DNA of 62,943 nt, filler included, from Octopus bimaculoides (taxonomy: Eukaryota): the NCBI RefSeq assembly GCF_001194135.2. It is 6 parts of 5 records of this genome, joined end to end, with 100 filler letters (N's around TTAATTAATTAA, not from the genome) between each part and the next. Parts side by side here need not be neighbours in the genome. Positions count along the whole stretch, not along the records: positions 1 to 27,181 come from NC_068981.1; 5 more parts are not named here. One strand, 5' to 3'. Shown in pieces: positions 1 through 11,312 of this stretch. The notes beneath the pieces are model-generated. The model was not told the origin of the DNA. It was given only the letters and a program-made list of their open reading frames with translations, and did not search any database. How positions within the stretch are numbered: the first letter of the stretch is position 1; each line of letters starts with the position of its first letter. A program made the translations under genes and the position numbers.

Positions 1-38
<38 letters not shown>

Positions 39-125
39 CGAGGGTGTGTGTGTGTGTGCGTGTGTCTATGTGTGTGTGTGTGTGTGTGTGTGTGCTGTGT
101 GTGTCTGTGTGTCTGTGTGTCTGTA
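1..125. repeat. (TA)n/(TG)n microsatellite, probably the internal microsatellite of the adjacent SINE
   Basis: Directly visible. The same family carries a (TG/CA)n tract at this position in the 29690-30096 copy. Confidence 0.9.
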
Positions 126-317
126 TGGGTCTGTCCCCCCAACATTGCTTGACAACCGATGCTGGTATCTTTACATCCCCGTAACTTAGTGGTTTGGCAA
201 AAAAAGTCCGATAGAATTAGTACTAAGTTTACAAAGAATGAGTCCTTGGGTCGATTCGCTCGAGTAAAGGCGGTGCTCCATCGTGTCCACACTCAAATGA
301 CTGAAACAAATGACAGA

Positions 318-320
<3 letters not shown>
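125..320 (+). mobile_element. SINE family B, 3' half
   Basis: Matches copies at 46915-47137, 29690-29900 and 38170-39060 (gacaaccgatgctgg...cgtaacttag...ggcggtgctcca...aaatgactgaaac). Confidence 0.85.
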
Positions 321-348
<28 letters not shown>

Positions 349-862
349 TATATTACTATCGCAACATATAAGACTTCTACAGCGCTAGCTTCGTATATAT
401 AAAAACTTAAACTAAAAAATATATAATACTCATTATCGTGGTTAGTAATAGCAGAGGCACCGCCGAACAATACAATTACGCGTGTATGTAAATTGTGTAT
501 TAGAATTTCCATCAATATTCACCGATATGGGCCGACATTAGATATGTTCTCGGATGCTATATTTTCTTCTAACCATAGATACCATTCAACATTTTAATAT
601 TTTGGTAAACCTAAATGTATTAACCATTTAACTTCTTAATTATCCATATTTCGATTAACCCTATACTCCTGCCATCCTGTAACTTCATAATTGACCACTT
701 ATTACCTCCTTAACATGTATAACATTGCGTAAATCGCATTTCTCATAAATCATGTTATGACATTTCCTCCTCCTTTTAACAACTGCACCTCCCTGTATAA
801 CTAAATCTCATTCTACCCAGTACAACCTAGCAGGAAACGTGAAATCCTAAATAAGATACTCT

Positions 863-945
863 CTGATGAAGGAGATAGTATCCAATTTTTCGGAATGAAG
901 ACACCCTTAAAATCTACGGATTACTGTACCACTGAAACGGCTGTA
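863..945 (+). ncRNA. Degenerate hammerhead-like motif, possible PLE terminal-repeat relic
   Basis: CTGATGA at 863-869 and GAAAC at 934-938 with a pairable insert (agta/tact, tcc/gga, gg/cc). The junction is non-canonical. Confidence 0.3.
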
Positions 946-3900
946 AGATGATTACCATCAACATTTTACCTTGACAACATTACTTATTCTCTCGGATTAT
1001 TTGTAGATGTTTTTTTTAAATATTCCATCCTCAACGCTACAATGTTCTTTTATTCGCTCTTCGGAAGACTTTACTTTATTCTCATTTTTGTAAGGGTATA
1101 GTTTTATTCTTAATAATTTTTACAACGCCGATCTAACCCATTTACACTCATCAATTTATATATGTATATTAGATATATATATATTTGTGCATTCATGAAT
1201 TTTTAATATATTTTAATAATTTAACGACTGATACATTGGTATATCGTAAAGACTGATATTCATCGATCACTGCCAGAATATATGTATAAATAAATTGTTC
1301 ATCCGATCTGAAATTCCCCTTAACACATTTTTTTATTACTTTGCGTCTCGGGTTCTTTATCCGTGCACTTCTGTGTATTGCCTATGCAATAAACAAATAA
1401 ACTTTACTATATATATATATATACATATTGTGTCTTCATAAATGTTTGCTTCTTCATGCAACATTTCTTTAATTATAACTTCACTAACCATTAAGCAAAT
1501 CAGTATACATTTAGAATGCTCCTTTACTAAGAATAAGAGAAAGTTCAATTTGTATTCTTAGCTGATGAAATGAAATGGTACAGAATAATGTCCTATGATG
1601 TAATGACTTCGTTTCCGGTCCTTCATTGGAGAACTTTCGCCTGTGACTATCTCCGCATTGGGAGACGTTTCCCTGTCCAAGTTCCTAAACATTTAATTAA
1701 ATTACCTTACGCTAACATATTCATCGCTATATTTAAGAAAAAGATATAAGCATATATGCAGGCATACATGCACACTGTATCAAACGCACAAATATAATAG
1801 AAAAAGTGAACGTGAATATATCTTATTTATTACGAAATCCATCACTATTATTTAAATGACGATGTCTCTTAATTAAAGAGGCGCATTGCATGTAAATTCA
1901 GACGAATAAAAACGTGTTATTAAAGCTAAAGAAAATCAAATAAAATTAGCAAGTGCGAAAGAATGAAGAATATCAAATTCCTAATTTAAGAACTTAATTA
2001 ACCTGCCGTGTGAGATAACTGCTTCATGTGATTAAAATGTCATAGAATGGCCAATTTTATAACAGGACATTCTACATTGAATTCTTAGTGCCAAAAATGT
2101 CATGGGATTAATATAATACTCTTAACTAAGATATTGAATTAACCTAGGTTTATAATATTTATGAAAAGAATATAAATGATTGAATTTTTATTTATTAAAT
2201 TAGCTTTTTTCCAATTATTAATTTAATTAAAGCTAATCTCGTTTAACTTCTATAGTTGAATATTTAATCATCTATTATTAACCGTCTGCTGTCGTGTTTT
2301 CACTATCTACTACAGATTTATTTAAAATTTGTGTTACATTTCACACAAATTGACTTCATAATTTGTGTAAACTTATATTATACTTCTTCCTTCCAAAGAA
2401 ATGTTGCACATCTTTTTGCACATTAAATGTTGTAGTTCTTATTGTACGTTTACAGAAATGTTTCCTCTTTGTATTGCATAAAAATGAGTTGAATGCCCCA
2501 AATACATTTTATTTTTAATTTTTCAGATTCTGCTAAACTGGCAAAATCGATGAGATTGGCATGTAGTTTAAGAACTACAGAGGGAATCCTTCAAAACCTA
2601 TTGAAGTAGGAGAAAGAATTTCAAGACACAGTATGTTAATGATGATATGCAGACTAGACCTCATAATATAACAACCCAGAAAATGGTTATTATGGTATTC
2701 CAGTTTTGTATAGATCACGGGACAATGCATTTTTCTAGTTCCGTGAGAGAATTTTGACGAGAATTGAGGCTTGAGAGTAATTGAATATCGATAACGTAGT
2801 AACTGCAGCATTTCTGGAGACTGACGCTTATGCCAATTGTATATTTTTAGTATCATGTAGTATTTTGCACCCATTAGTATTTCAACGTGCAAAATATAAG
2901 ACTTACATTGACGTACTTATATTTCTGAAAATGTCTAACATCTGTATAGATGGCATCTTTCTCGCGAATGGTGAGACAATTTGTAGGATATCATTATATG
3001 AGTATGTATTGAAGACGTCACAATTATATCCGTAATATACAGATGAACGCTTGTGAAATATGTAGCAATTTATTTCCATAAATGTAGATATAATGATGTA
3101 TTACATAATGTTTCTTTTATCTATATTTTACCTGATTCGTCAATTTGAATCACGTGTTAGTCAATCAAAATTACGTCACTCGAACTGTCGTTCTCTATGC
3201 TGTCGCTGAAAATTCATGGTTACGAATAATAATCCACAGCACATATCATTCACAATATGATTCGTAATAGGTGAAGACAACGTCAACCTTTTGAAATATA
3301 AGTGATATTTTGACGAATGTGCGCGTGTATATTTGTAAGAAATGTGCGATGTGTGCTTCTAAGTGTGAATGTGTGTGTGTGTATGTGCGTGTGTTCTTTC
3401 AGTGTCGACGTACGAGTTTGAAAATATTAACTCTGAAGTATTAAATTTTATGTTAATTGCAACTTATATGCGTTTTAAATTTTCCTGGGAGAATACCTTT
3501 CTTTCGTCACTGCATTTCCTGATTTTATCTGTATTTTCAGCTGGATCATATTATTTTAGTTGCGATTATATTGCCGATTTGTTGAAGTGAAAGCTCTTGG
3601 GGCCACTATTTCTTACGTTTTGTCTCTCCAATTAAAATTTATTGATCTTTGACGTTATTTTTTAGCAACTAAATTATCTTTTTTATTCGTAATATTTCGT
3701 TTTTAAACTTCGGTCTTTTTTTGCAATAATGTTAACATGAATTCTTGTACTGAACAAGTTGCCGTTTTATTTTTGGAAGGGATATACTGCCAAGAGGTCA
3801 TATACAGTGGCTGTTGTTTATTTCGATTTTTATTTTCTTAACTCATTTGTGGCAATTCATATTTTCTCTCACTGCTGTGATATTTTCAGTTATTTCAGAT

Positions 3901-4395
3901 CTGATATAGAATATGATTGAAATTATCATGGCACTGTGATGAAACACTTTAAGACAAATTTGATAAGAATATTAAAAATTAAGCAAATTATAACTGGTGT
4001 ATATGTGTGGTTTGGTAGTATGGCCATAGCAAAAACAAATATATTTTTTGATATATTGATAAAGTATGAATATATATCAAAATAATAAAAATGCGAAGGG
4101 AGATGTAAGCTTTGAGGTTATAAAAATTATAAAACAGTAACTTTTTGAAAATGTACAGCGACGAAAAAAAAATTTCATTACATAAAGAACTGGCCAACAA
4201 ATTACTTTAAATAGTACTGACTAGATCGTAGATATATGATGAATTTCATTGGTAATGTTTAGAGATTGTACCCTAAAAAACATCCCTTGCTTAATAAAGT
4301 GTTACTCAGTAGTATCTTTCAACCGCTGCTCCACATGCACATTTATATTATTATATGATCGAACGCCACACATCCTTTCCCAATTAAGTTTTATC

Positions 4396-4440
<45 letters not shown>

Positions 4441-5029
4441 AGCCTGCACGCACAATAAACTATCCCTGTTTCTAATTTACCACGAACCGGATATTTACTT
4501 TTTACTTACCTTTGAAGTTGCGAGATAGCAGTATGATTAAATTTGTCAATATGTAGTTGAGCAGGCTAAAAATTCCATTTCATTACGCATGTCTTATATC
4601 AGGCCTTTCTTTCTAGCAGAAATGTAACTTTGCACGCCATTAACAACAGGTAAACATGTACATAATTCTCGAGAATGTACCCTCTAACATTCTTGGGTCG
4701 ATACTTTTCTAAGCATACCACGCATATGCGCCCACATTACTCGTCGAGCAGACTGCTGACTAAAGTGAAGATTCGTTTGCAACGTTTTTAACGCAGAAAT
4801 TTAAGCCTTTGTGTCACATCATTCTACGTTCGTGTTGTTCTGGGAACTTCCCGCAGCCGCCGAGAGAGCTTGATTCTCTGAGGAATCGTGTGCCAGAATT
4901 GTACTATTTAACCATTCCACCCAAAGGTTTTCTTCACCGTATTTTACAGTCAGCCGTTACGAATTTAGTGATTGCAAACCCTATTTCTCTGCCAAATCTC
5001 TCTTTCCAGTACGCACACATGCATACATA

Positions 5030-5069
5030 CATACGCACGCACACATATACACACAAGCTTATATATATA

Positions 5070-5110
<41 letters not shown>

Positions 5111-5147
5111 GAGAGAGAGAGAGAGAGAGAGAAAGCGGGAGAGATAG

Positions 5148-5189
<42 letters not shown>

Positions 5190-5190
5190 T
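5030..5190. repeat. Compound (CA)n-(TA)n-(GA)n-(CA)n microsatellite
   Basis: Directly visible. Confidence 0.95.
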
Positions 5191-7713
5191 GAGTGTGAGA
5201 AATTTGAATAATGTTCTTAAAAGTGTAAAAACTCCAAGTGTGAAGTCGAGTTAATTATTTTTAATAATTTTATTCGCAATATCTTTCAACTTACTTCAGA
5301 AATTGGGCTCATTGCCAATCTGAGCGAGTCGATTCCAATCGAATATTCTTAGTTACTCTGAATAAAAGCTATGTCAGTTTTTATGTGTATATGTGTCTTT
5401 GTGTTTGTATATGAATGCGCGTGATTGTACGTATATGTATATTGGGTGTGTACATGTAATCTTAGGATTGTTTATTACTTTCTACACAATTTAAGTAAAT
5501 TTCTGGAAACATTGTCAATAAAACCAGGACAGCAAACTTATTAAAGCACCAGAATACAATGAAATTTATTACGTGGATATCGCATGGTCAATATGCCGGA
5601 GCGGAAAGCTTACACTTCGAACGTACACAAACAAGTTAAAACATTTTTCTTTTTCACTAATGCTTTTTAACGACAGACGTTAATTTTTTTGCTTTTAATC
5701 TATTTCTTTTACATAAAAATGACAGTTTTTTTTTTACTATATTCCTTTTACATTAACACATATTATGAATTCTTAGCTGAAACAGATTCGAGATTTTTTT
5801 CTGTTGTGCATATATACCAGGCTAAATATTTGAAACCAGAAAACTCACAAAAAATTGGTTTCATTTGTTTACCTCTAAAAGATATGCTTAATAAAAATAT
5901 TTTGAAAATGCTCGATAAATGGAATAATATCAATCACCCGCAACCAAAATAATATCTTGAACGGTTGTGATTGCCAACATTTCTGTGTTTTGCGATTTAT
6001 TGTGTTTTGTGTATATGCGGCAGAAATATGGATATTAAAAGTAACAAAAACATATTAAGACAAGATAGAAGGATGCGTATTTAGGAATATTTACATGAGA
6101 GAGTTATGAAAAGAAAAATTTATAACGCTTTTCAATACTTAAGAAACCACAGCAATAAAAGTTGCCTGTGAATTAATAGTTCTGGGAATTCTTAAGTCAC
6201 TATGCCCGTATCATTTATTTAATATCTTGTTTTGATGTATACATACGTTTATGTTTTCAAAAACATTATTATGTCAAGAAGCTTTCAACGATTGTAATTT
6301 TTTCTTTGGGTTTCTTTATATCAACATATTTATAAATAATACATAAATTGTGTTATTTTATTGTATTTCATATTCGATATTCCTTCTGCGTTCTTCACTG
6401 TTATTGCTTGGAGCCATTTCTATAACAATTATTCAGATGGAAATTGTTGTTTTCTCCACCATTTTTACTTCAATATATTTGTCACTTCCATAAATTTATT
6501 CATAAACATATATTTCCATTCTAGCACTTCATATAAATAAATGCATTTTGTTGACTACACCACTATTCAATGTGTCAACTGATCAAACGTTTTATAACCG
6601 AAAAACACTGATAGATTGATTGATTGATATTAATGTATTTATGCGAACATAGCAGATAATTTTCATAGTTTGTGAAAGCAATATGAATATAAAAGAAATA
6701 ATTACAAGTAGGCAATCAAGTCAAGAGATGTAGAATAAATAAATCAAACCGTCATGTTCTGAGATATCATTATTCTGAAGTAGAATGTGAAGTTACATTA
6801 TGTTATAATTATGAAATCAAATATTTGCGACTTTTGGTAACCACATTGATACGATTGGAATACATACATTTCTTAAAACCTGTGTCGATGAATGCAGGAA
6901 CCATATAGAAAGCAATTACGAACAGTTGATATTTTAGGTATCGAATACAAAGCTAATGGATTGGTTTAGCGTTTGAGGTCGATTCCCAGTATGTGTAACT
7001 AGCGTAAACAGGAAGAGGGCGATATACTTGTACCAAGTATGTACATCACAATCAACCAGCTAGTTCTTAAGAACAGGGCATGATGGTGAGGTAATTTATT
7101 GTCATAGGTAGGATGCTTATTTTTGTCTGGAATAGTTGTTTGATTTCAGCTCTACCATTTACGTGACTGCCAAAATTCATTGTGGATCTGGTTTGAGCCT
7201 GGTATGGGCCTGGAAACTGGGTCATACTATTTTGGAACCTTGAAAATACGCGTGTTTGAGATGCTGGTTTTTCTAATGGTAGGAATGTAGTTGCTAGAAT
7301 TCAAAGAGGTATTTTGTAGGCTAGCATTTGTAGCGACCTTGAGAATCTTATTAATAATCGGTCAACATTAGATAAACAAAGGAAACTAACTGTTTCATAT
7401 ATTTTGGAAATTGTAATGTTTTTCTGATGACAAAGCGTTTGTTTCCCATTGGAGTATATTTTCCATCAAATATACCAATATGTACATCAAAGCCTGAAAT
7501 TTTATTGCTTCAAAAGTTTAAATTAATTGGTGGGAGCAATTCATTTAACATAATGGAAGCTATTATTTAACGTTATTTTTCAAAATTAATACTGCTTGGT
7601 GCAGACATTAAAGAGATTTCGAGTGTTCTTGAAAAGGTATGTTCTTCTAAATATCGTTTGAACTTTTTGCCTAACTGTTTGATGAACTTTGAAAAAAAGG
7701 AAAGAAGCTGAAA

Positions 7714-8249
7714 AAGCTGATTTCCCCTTCCCCTGAGCCAGTGGGCAAGGGATCATTTTGGTTGAGAAGATTTGCTTTGAAATATGAGGACAAGTCGTTT
7801 TTACTTTTAGGACAGATGTTATGTGATAAACTCATTGACGCCTGGTTGAAAAACGTTACGGAAAATTTTCCAGAAATTCCAATACAACCAACCATTTTTT
7901 CTAACATACAATCCACACCGCACACTATTTATTCATCACACCAGGAACAATCATTTTGTTTTGTCAACATTTTTTTTTCGGAGATGTTTATATTTATGAC
8001 AGTGTGAATTTACCAGTTTCGCAGGAACTAATGGCACAAATAACACCACAAACAAACGTTATTCCTACAATTCAACTAGTTCATATAATTAATCTACAAG
8101 TTGGCGGATATGATTATGGCCTTTTTGCCCTGGCGTATGCATTTGAACTGGTCATTGGAAACTCTCCAGAGAAATTTCTATTTGATCAGTCACAAATGCG
8201 AGCACACTTAAGATTTTGCCTCGAAAATAATAAATTTGTTCCTTTCCAG
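7714..8249 (+). pseudogene. Decayed Ulp1/SENP (peptidase C48)-like cysteine protease domain of the transposon-associated type
   Basis: Read across two +1 shifts in T-runs (7895-7900 and 7970-7978): LKYEDKSFLLLGQMLCDKLIDAW...LFIHHTRNN-H-FVLST..GDVYIY-D-S...L-Q-VGGYD-Y-GLFALAYA...GNSPEKFLFDQSQMRAHLRFCLENNKFVPF. His is at 7952, Asp at 7998, Gln at 8097. The catalytic-Cys position reads TAT (8115-8117), one change from TGT. Family assignment is by motif recall, not HMM. Confidence 0.7.
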
Positions 8250-8456
8250 ATAGTAAAGGGTTTTCAAATGTCTACGAAAACCACAGACGTCATTCACTTT
8301 CTATCACCCACCCAGAAATGGATTACCCATAGAAAGACGACTAAAAATTATAACTTCTCACATGAACATTCAGAACAAATTTTATCAACGAATAGGTTCC
8401 GCGATTTAAGGGAAGATTTCGAGCAAAGCCCAAAAGGTAGTCAGGAATCTAATTAG

Positions 8457-10862
8457 AAAAAGACTTTGAAAACCACTTGCCCGAGAAAAACCATCACACT
8501 ACAGAATAAGTCGGTTATAAATTTATCTAAACTAAAACTTTCGCCCGACGATGTCTCAATCTTAGAGCTTGGACTGAGTTTTTGCTCAAGCACTAAGAAT
8601 TTCAACAAGAATAAACTGGCTCAAGGACTATTTCAGTTTTTCCACACCCACAAGCTGAAATAATTTTTTTGTTAACTAGTAACAAGGAGTCAGAAAACCC
8701 TATATTTACTAAAAATGAGGATGATCGAATCTGGAATAATTGGATTGAAAAGAATCCCAATTGGTACCCAGATAAAGTTCGGGATGGACGACGTTCACAA
8801 GCACTACTGGAATTTCTTGAATCTTGTTAGGCAGACATTAGAGAAAGCCTTAAAACAAGTGAAAAGAAGACCTAGAATAACCTCACAAATTCCCAACGTT
8901 ACGCACTCCGACGTCTAGCTAATAACGATTCTATTGTTATTAGGATGGCGGATAAGGGAGGCGCTATCGTATTTATGAACAAAAGTGAGTATATTTTGAT
9001 TTCTGAAGAAGTTTTAAATGACAAAACTTCATATGAAGAATTACCTGTCGATTCAAACTCCGACTACAGAGAGGAAATTGAGAAAAAAAAAGTCTGGAAA
9101 TGGAGGAAAACAATTTCGTTAATAAGGCTGAATCTAAGATTTTAAGGTCAGAAAGAAGAACACCTGTATTTTATGGTCTCCCTAAAATACACAAAAAGTT
9201 CGAAAGATTTACTCCAATGCGTCCAATTTGCAGCGGATATGAATGTTGTACGGCCAAAATTTCGGAATGGCTGGATGGCTTTTTACTCCCCGTCAGAAAA
9301 CGATCAGGTTCCTATACTCAGGATACTTTTGATTTTGTATCTATAATCAACAACTTTTTTAAGCGCCGAGGCCGGCCGTATTGAGAACTGTATTTTGGTA
9401 ACCATGGATGTTTCTTCCTTATATTCCAATATTCACCACAATGAAGTGGTAAAAGCATGCATGGATGCCTTCGAAAAGCGGTCAAACAAAAGTATTCCAT
9501 TAAATTTACTGTGTAGGTTATTGAGGTTTGTGTTAGAAAGTAACACAATGATGTTTAGACAGAGATTTTACCACCAGACGAAGGGTTGCGCCATGAGTAC
9601 CCCCATGGCAGTTAATTTCGTTAATGTCTTTATGACGAAATTCGAGACAGAAATACTGAAGACATTCAAACTCCTTTATATTCATGAACCAATCCTCTGG
9701 TTACGGTTCATTGACGACTTATTTGTTGTCTGGGAAGTATCACAGGATAGTTTAATGGAATTCTTGCATTTCTGTGACTGTTATGCTAGAAACTATGGCT
9801 TTAAGTCCAACATAAAATTTACGTCTAGTTTTTCAAAACCTAGCATTGAATTTTTGGTCACCATAAGTCAAGTTTTCTGGGGGCAGAATAGCGACAGAGT
9901 TATTTTGCAAACCCACGTCATCCCACATTTATCTCCACTGCCGCTCCGATCATCCACATCATCTTATTCAGTCAAATCCGAAATCCCAATTTTTGAGGAT
10001 AAAACGGATTTGTACAGACATAGGGGATTACTGGAAACATGCAAATGATTTTGTATGCCATTATTTCAAATGAGGTTACAGTGAATCACGATTAAAGGAA
10101 ATAGCAAATGAAATAGCTAAGATTAGCAAAGATAGTCAAACCTACACGCATAAGTTTAGCAAACGCAATACAGTAGATGATAGAATTCCTTTAGGGATTA
10201 GCTGGCACCGACATTTCGTTGGCATTTCAAAAGTGTCGCAGGAAAGTTACCAGTTTGTGACGAAAAATCATCATCGTTTCAAACACATATTTCCTCTGCC
10301 GCCCATTGTAGCCTTTAGACGGAATAAGAATATAAGAGAATTATTGACCTCTATATCTGACTCCAAGAAAACGAACATTGGAGTGTCTGCATGTTGTACC
10401 TTAAAGAACAGCCACAAGAGAGGTAAGCCCTGTTTATTGTGCAACAACATGAGTGAAGTGAATTCCATCAGAAGTCATAGCAGAAATTTTATGATTTATA
10501 CAGAAGGTGGAACATGTAAAGATTCCCATTTTGTGTACGCTGCAGAATGCACGAAACACAACTTAATTAATGTTGGTTTTGCAACAGAACAATAAAACAA
10601 ATGGTTTAATGGGCACAGATTTGACGTCAGGCACAGTAACATTAGTTCGACAGAACTTGCTGAACATTTCGTTTCAAGCGGCAGCAATTTTGAAGAAGAC
10701 TTGAAAGTGCATATTCTCAGAAAATCTTCTGAATCTGCTCCACTTTCACTTCTCAGAATGTATGAGGAGAAATATGTTTGCGGGTTATTAAAATCACGCC
10801 CTGGAGGAATGAATAAGATGACAGGAGAATGTAATCAAATTTATACAAAGCTGTTTGATTAA
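8457..10862 (+). mobile_element. Penelope-like retroelement (Neptune-type) RT + Cys linker + C-terminal GIY-YIG, near full-length, with multiple stops and frameshifts
   Basis: VINLS..L..LGLSFCS; NNLTNSQRYAL..NDSIVIRMADKGG; FYGLPKIHK..PMRPICSG; TMDVSSLYSNI; KGCAMSTPMA; LRFIDDLFVVW; LFCKPTSSHIYLH..SDHP..SQFLRIKRIC; IVAFRRNKNIRELL; CC..KPCLLC; VYAAECTKH..VG..FNGHR..H..E..GMN, ending at TAA 10860-10862. Confidence 0.95.
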
Positions 10863-11045
10863 ATATCCTTCTTTCTCTCCTTTTCTTTCCATTGTTTTTG
10901 TCGTCTTCTTTTTTCTATTTTTCAGTCTTTTTCTTTTCGCCTGTTGTAAAATTGTAACTTAAAAACTGATGATGTCATTCCATCAACGTGTGGACGCTGG
11001 TTTAGATTTCTGTAATTTTGAATTTTTATCACTTCTTATTTTGAA

Positions 11046-11078
11046 CTTGACAAAGACAGACATACTGTTGAGATATCG
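11046..11078 (+). ncRNA. Relic minimal hammerhead ribozyme in the PLE 3' UTR
   Basis: cTTGACAAA-GACAG-acata-CTGTT-GAGAT resembles CTGACGAA-stem-CGAAAY with CpG-type decay. The position matches known PLE pLTR hammerheads. Confidence 0.45.
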
Positions 11079-11126
11079 TTCAACTAATAAAATATCTTAC
11101 AATCGAATCATTCTTTTCGTCTTGAC

Positions 11127-11244
<118 letters not shown>

Positions 11245-11312
11245 TGTTTCTATTTTGGCGGAGATTTTGAGGGGGACTAGTCGATTACATCGACCCCGGT
11301 GTTTCACTAGTG
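11245..11312 (-). mobile_element. SINE family A, 3' stub
   Basis: gtcgattacatcgacccc motif is shared with copies at 30775-30991, 39722-39945 and 44021-44234. Confidence 0.75.

Noticed and set aside
1562-1749. Possible exon after a tcttag acceptor (ADEMKWYRIMSYDVMTSFPVLHWR...)
   Set aside because: No recognisable homology or partner exons; the length is compatible with chance.
2527-2609. Possible terminal exon after a strong tttttcag acceptor (DSAKLAKSMRLACSLRTTEGILQNLLK*)
   Set aside because: Short, no recognisable domain, and such acceptors are common in AT-rich DNA. It needs RNA-seq.
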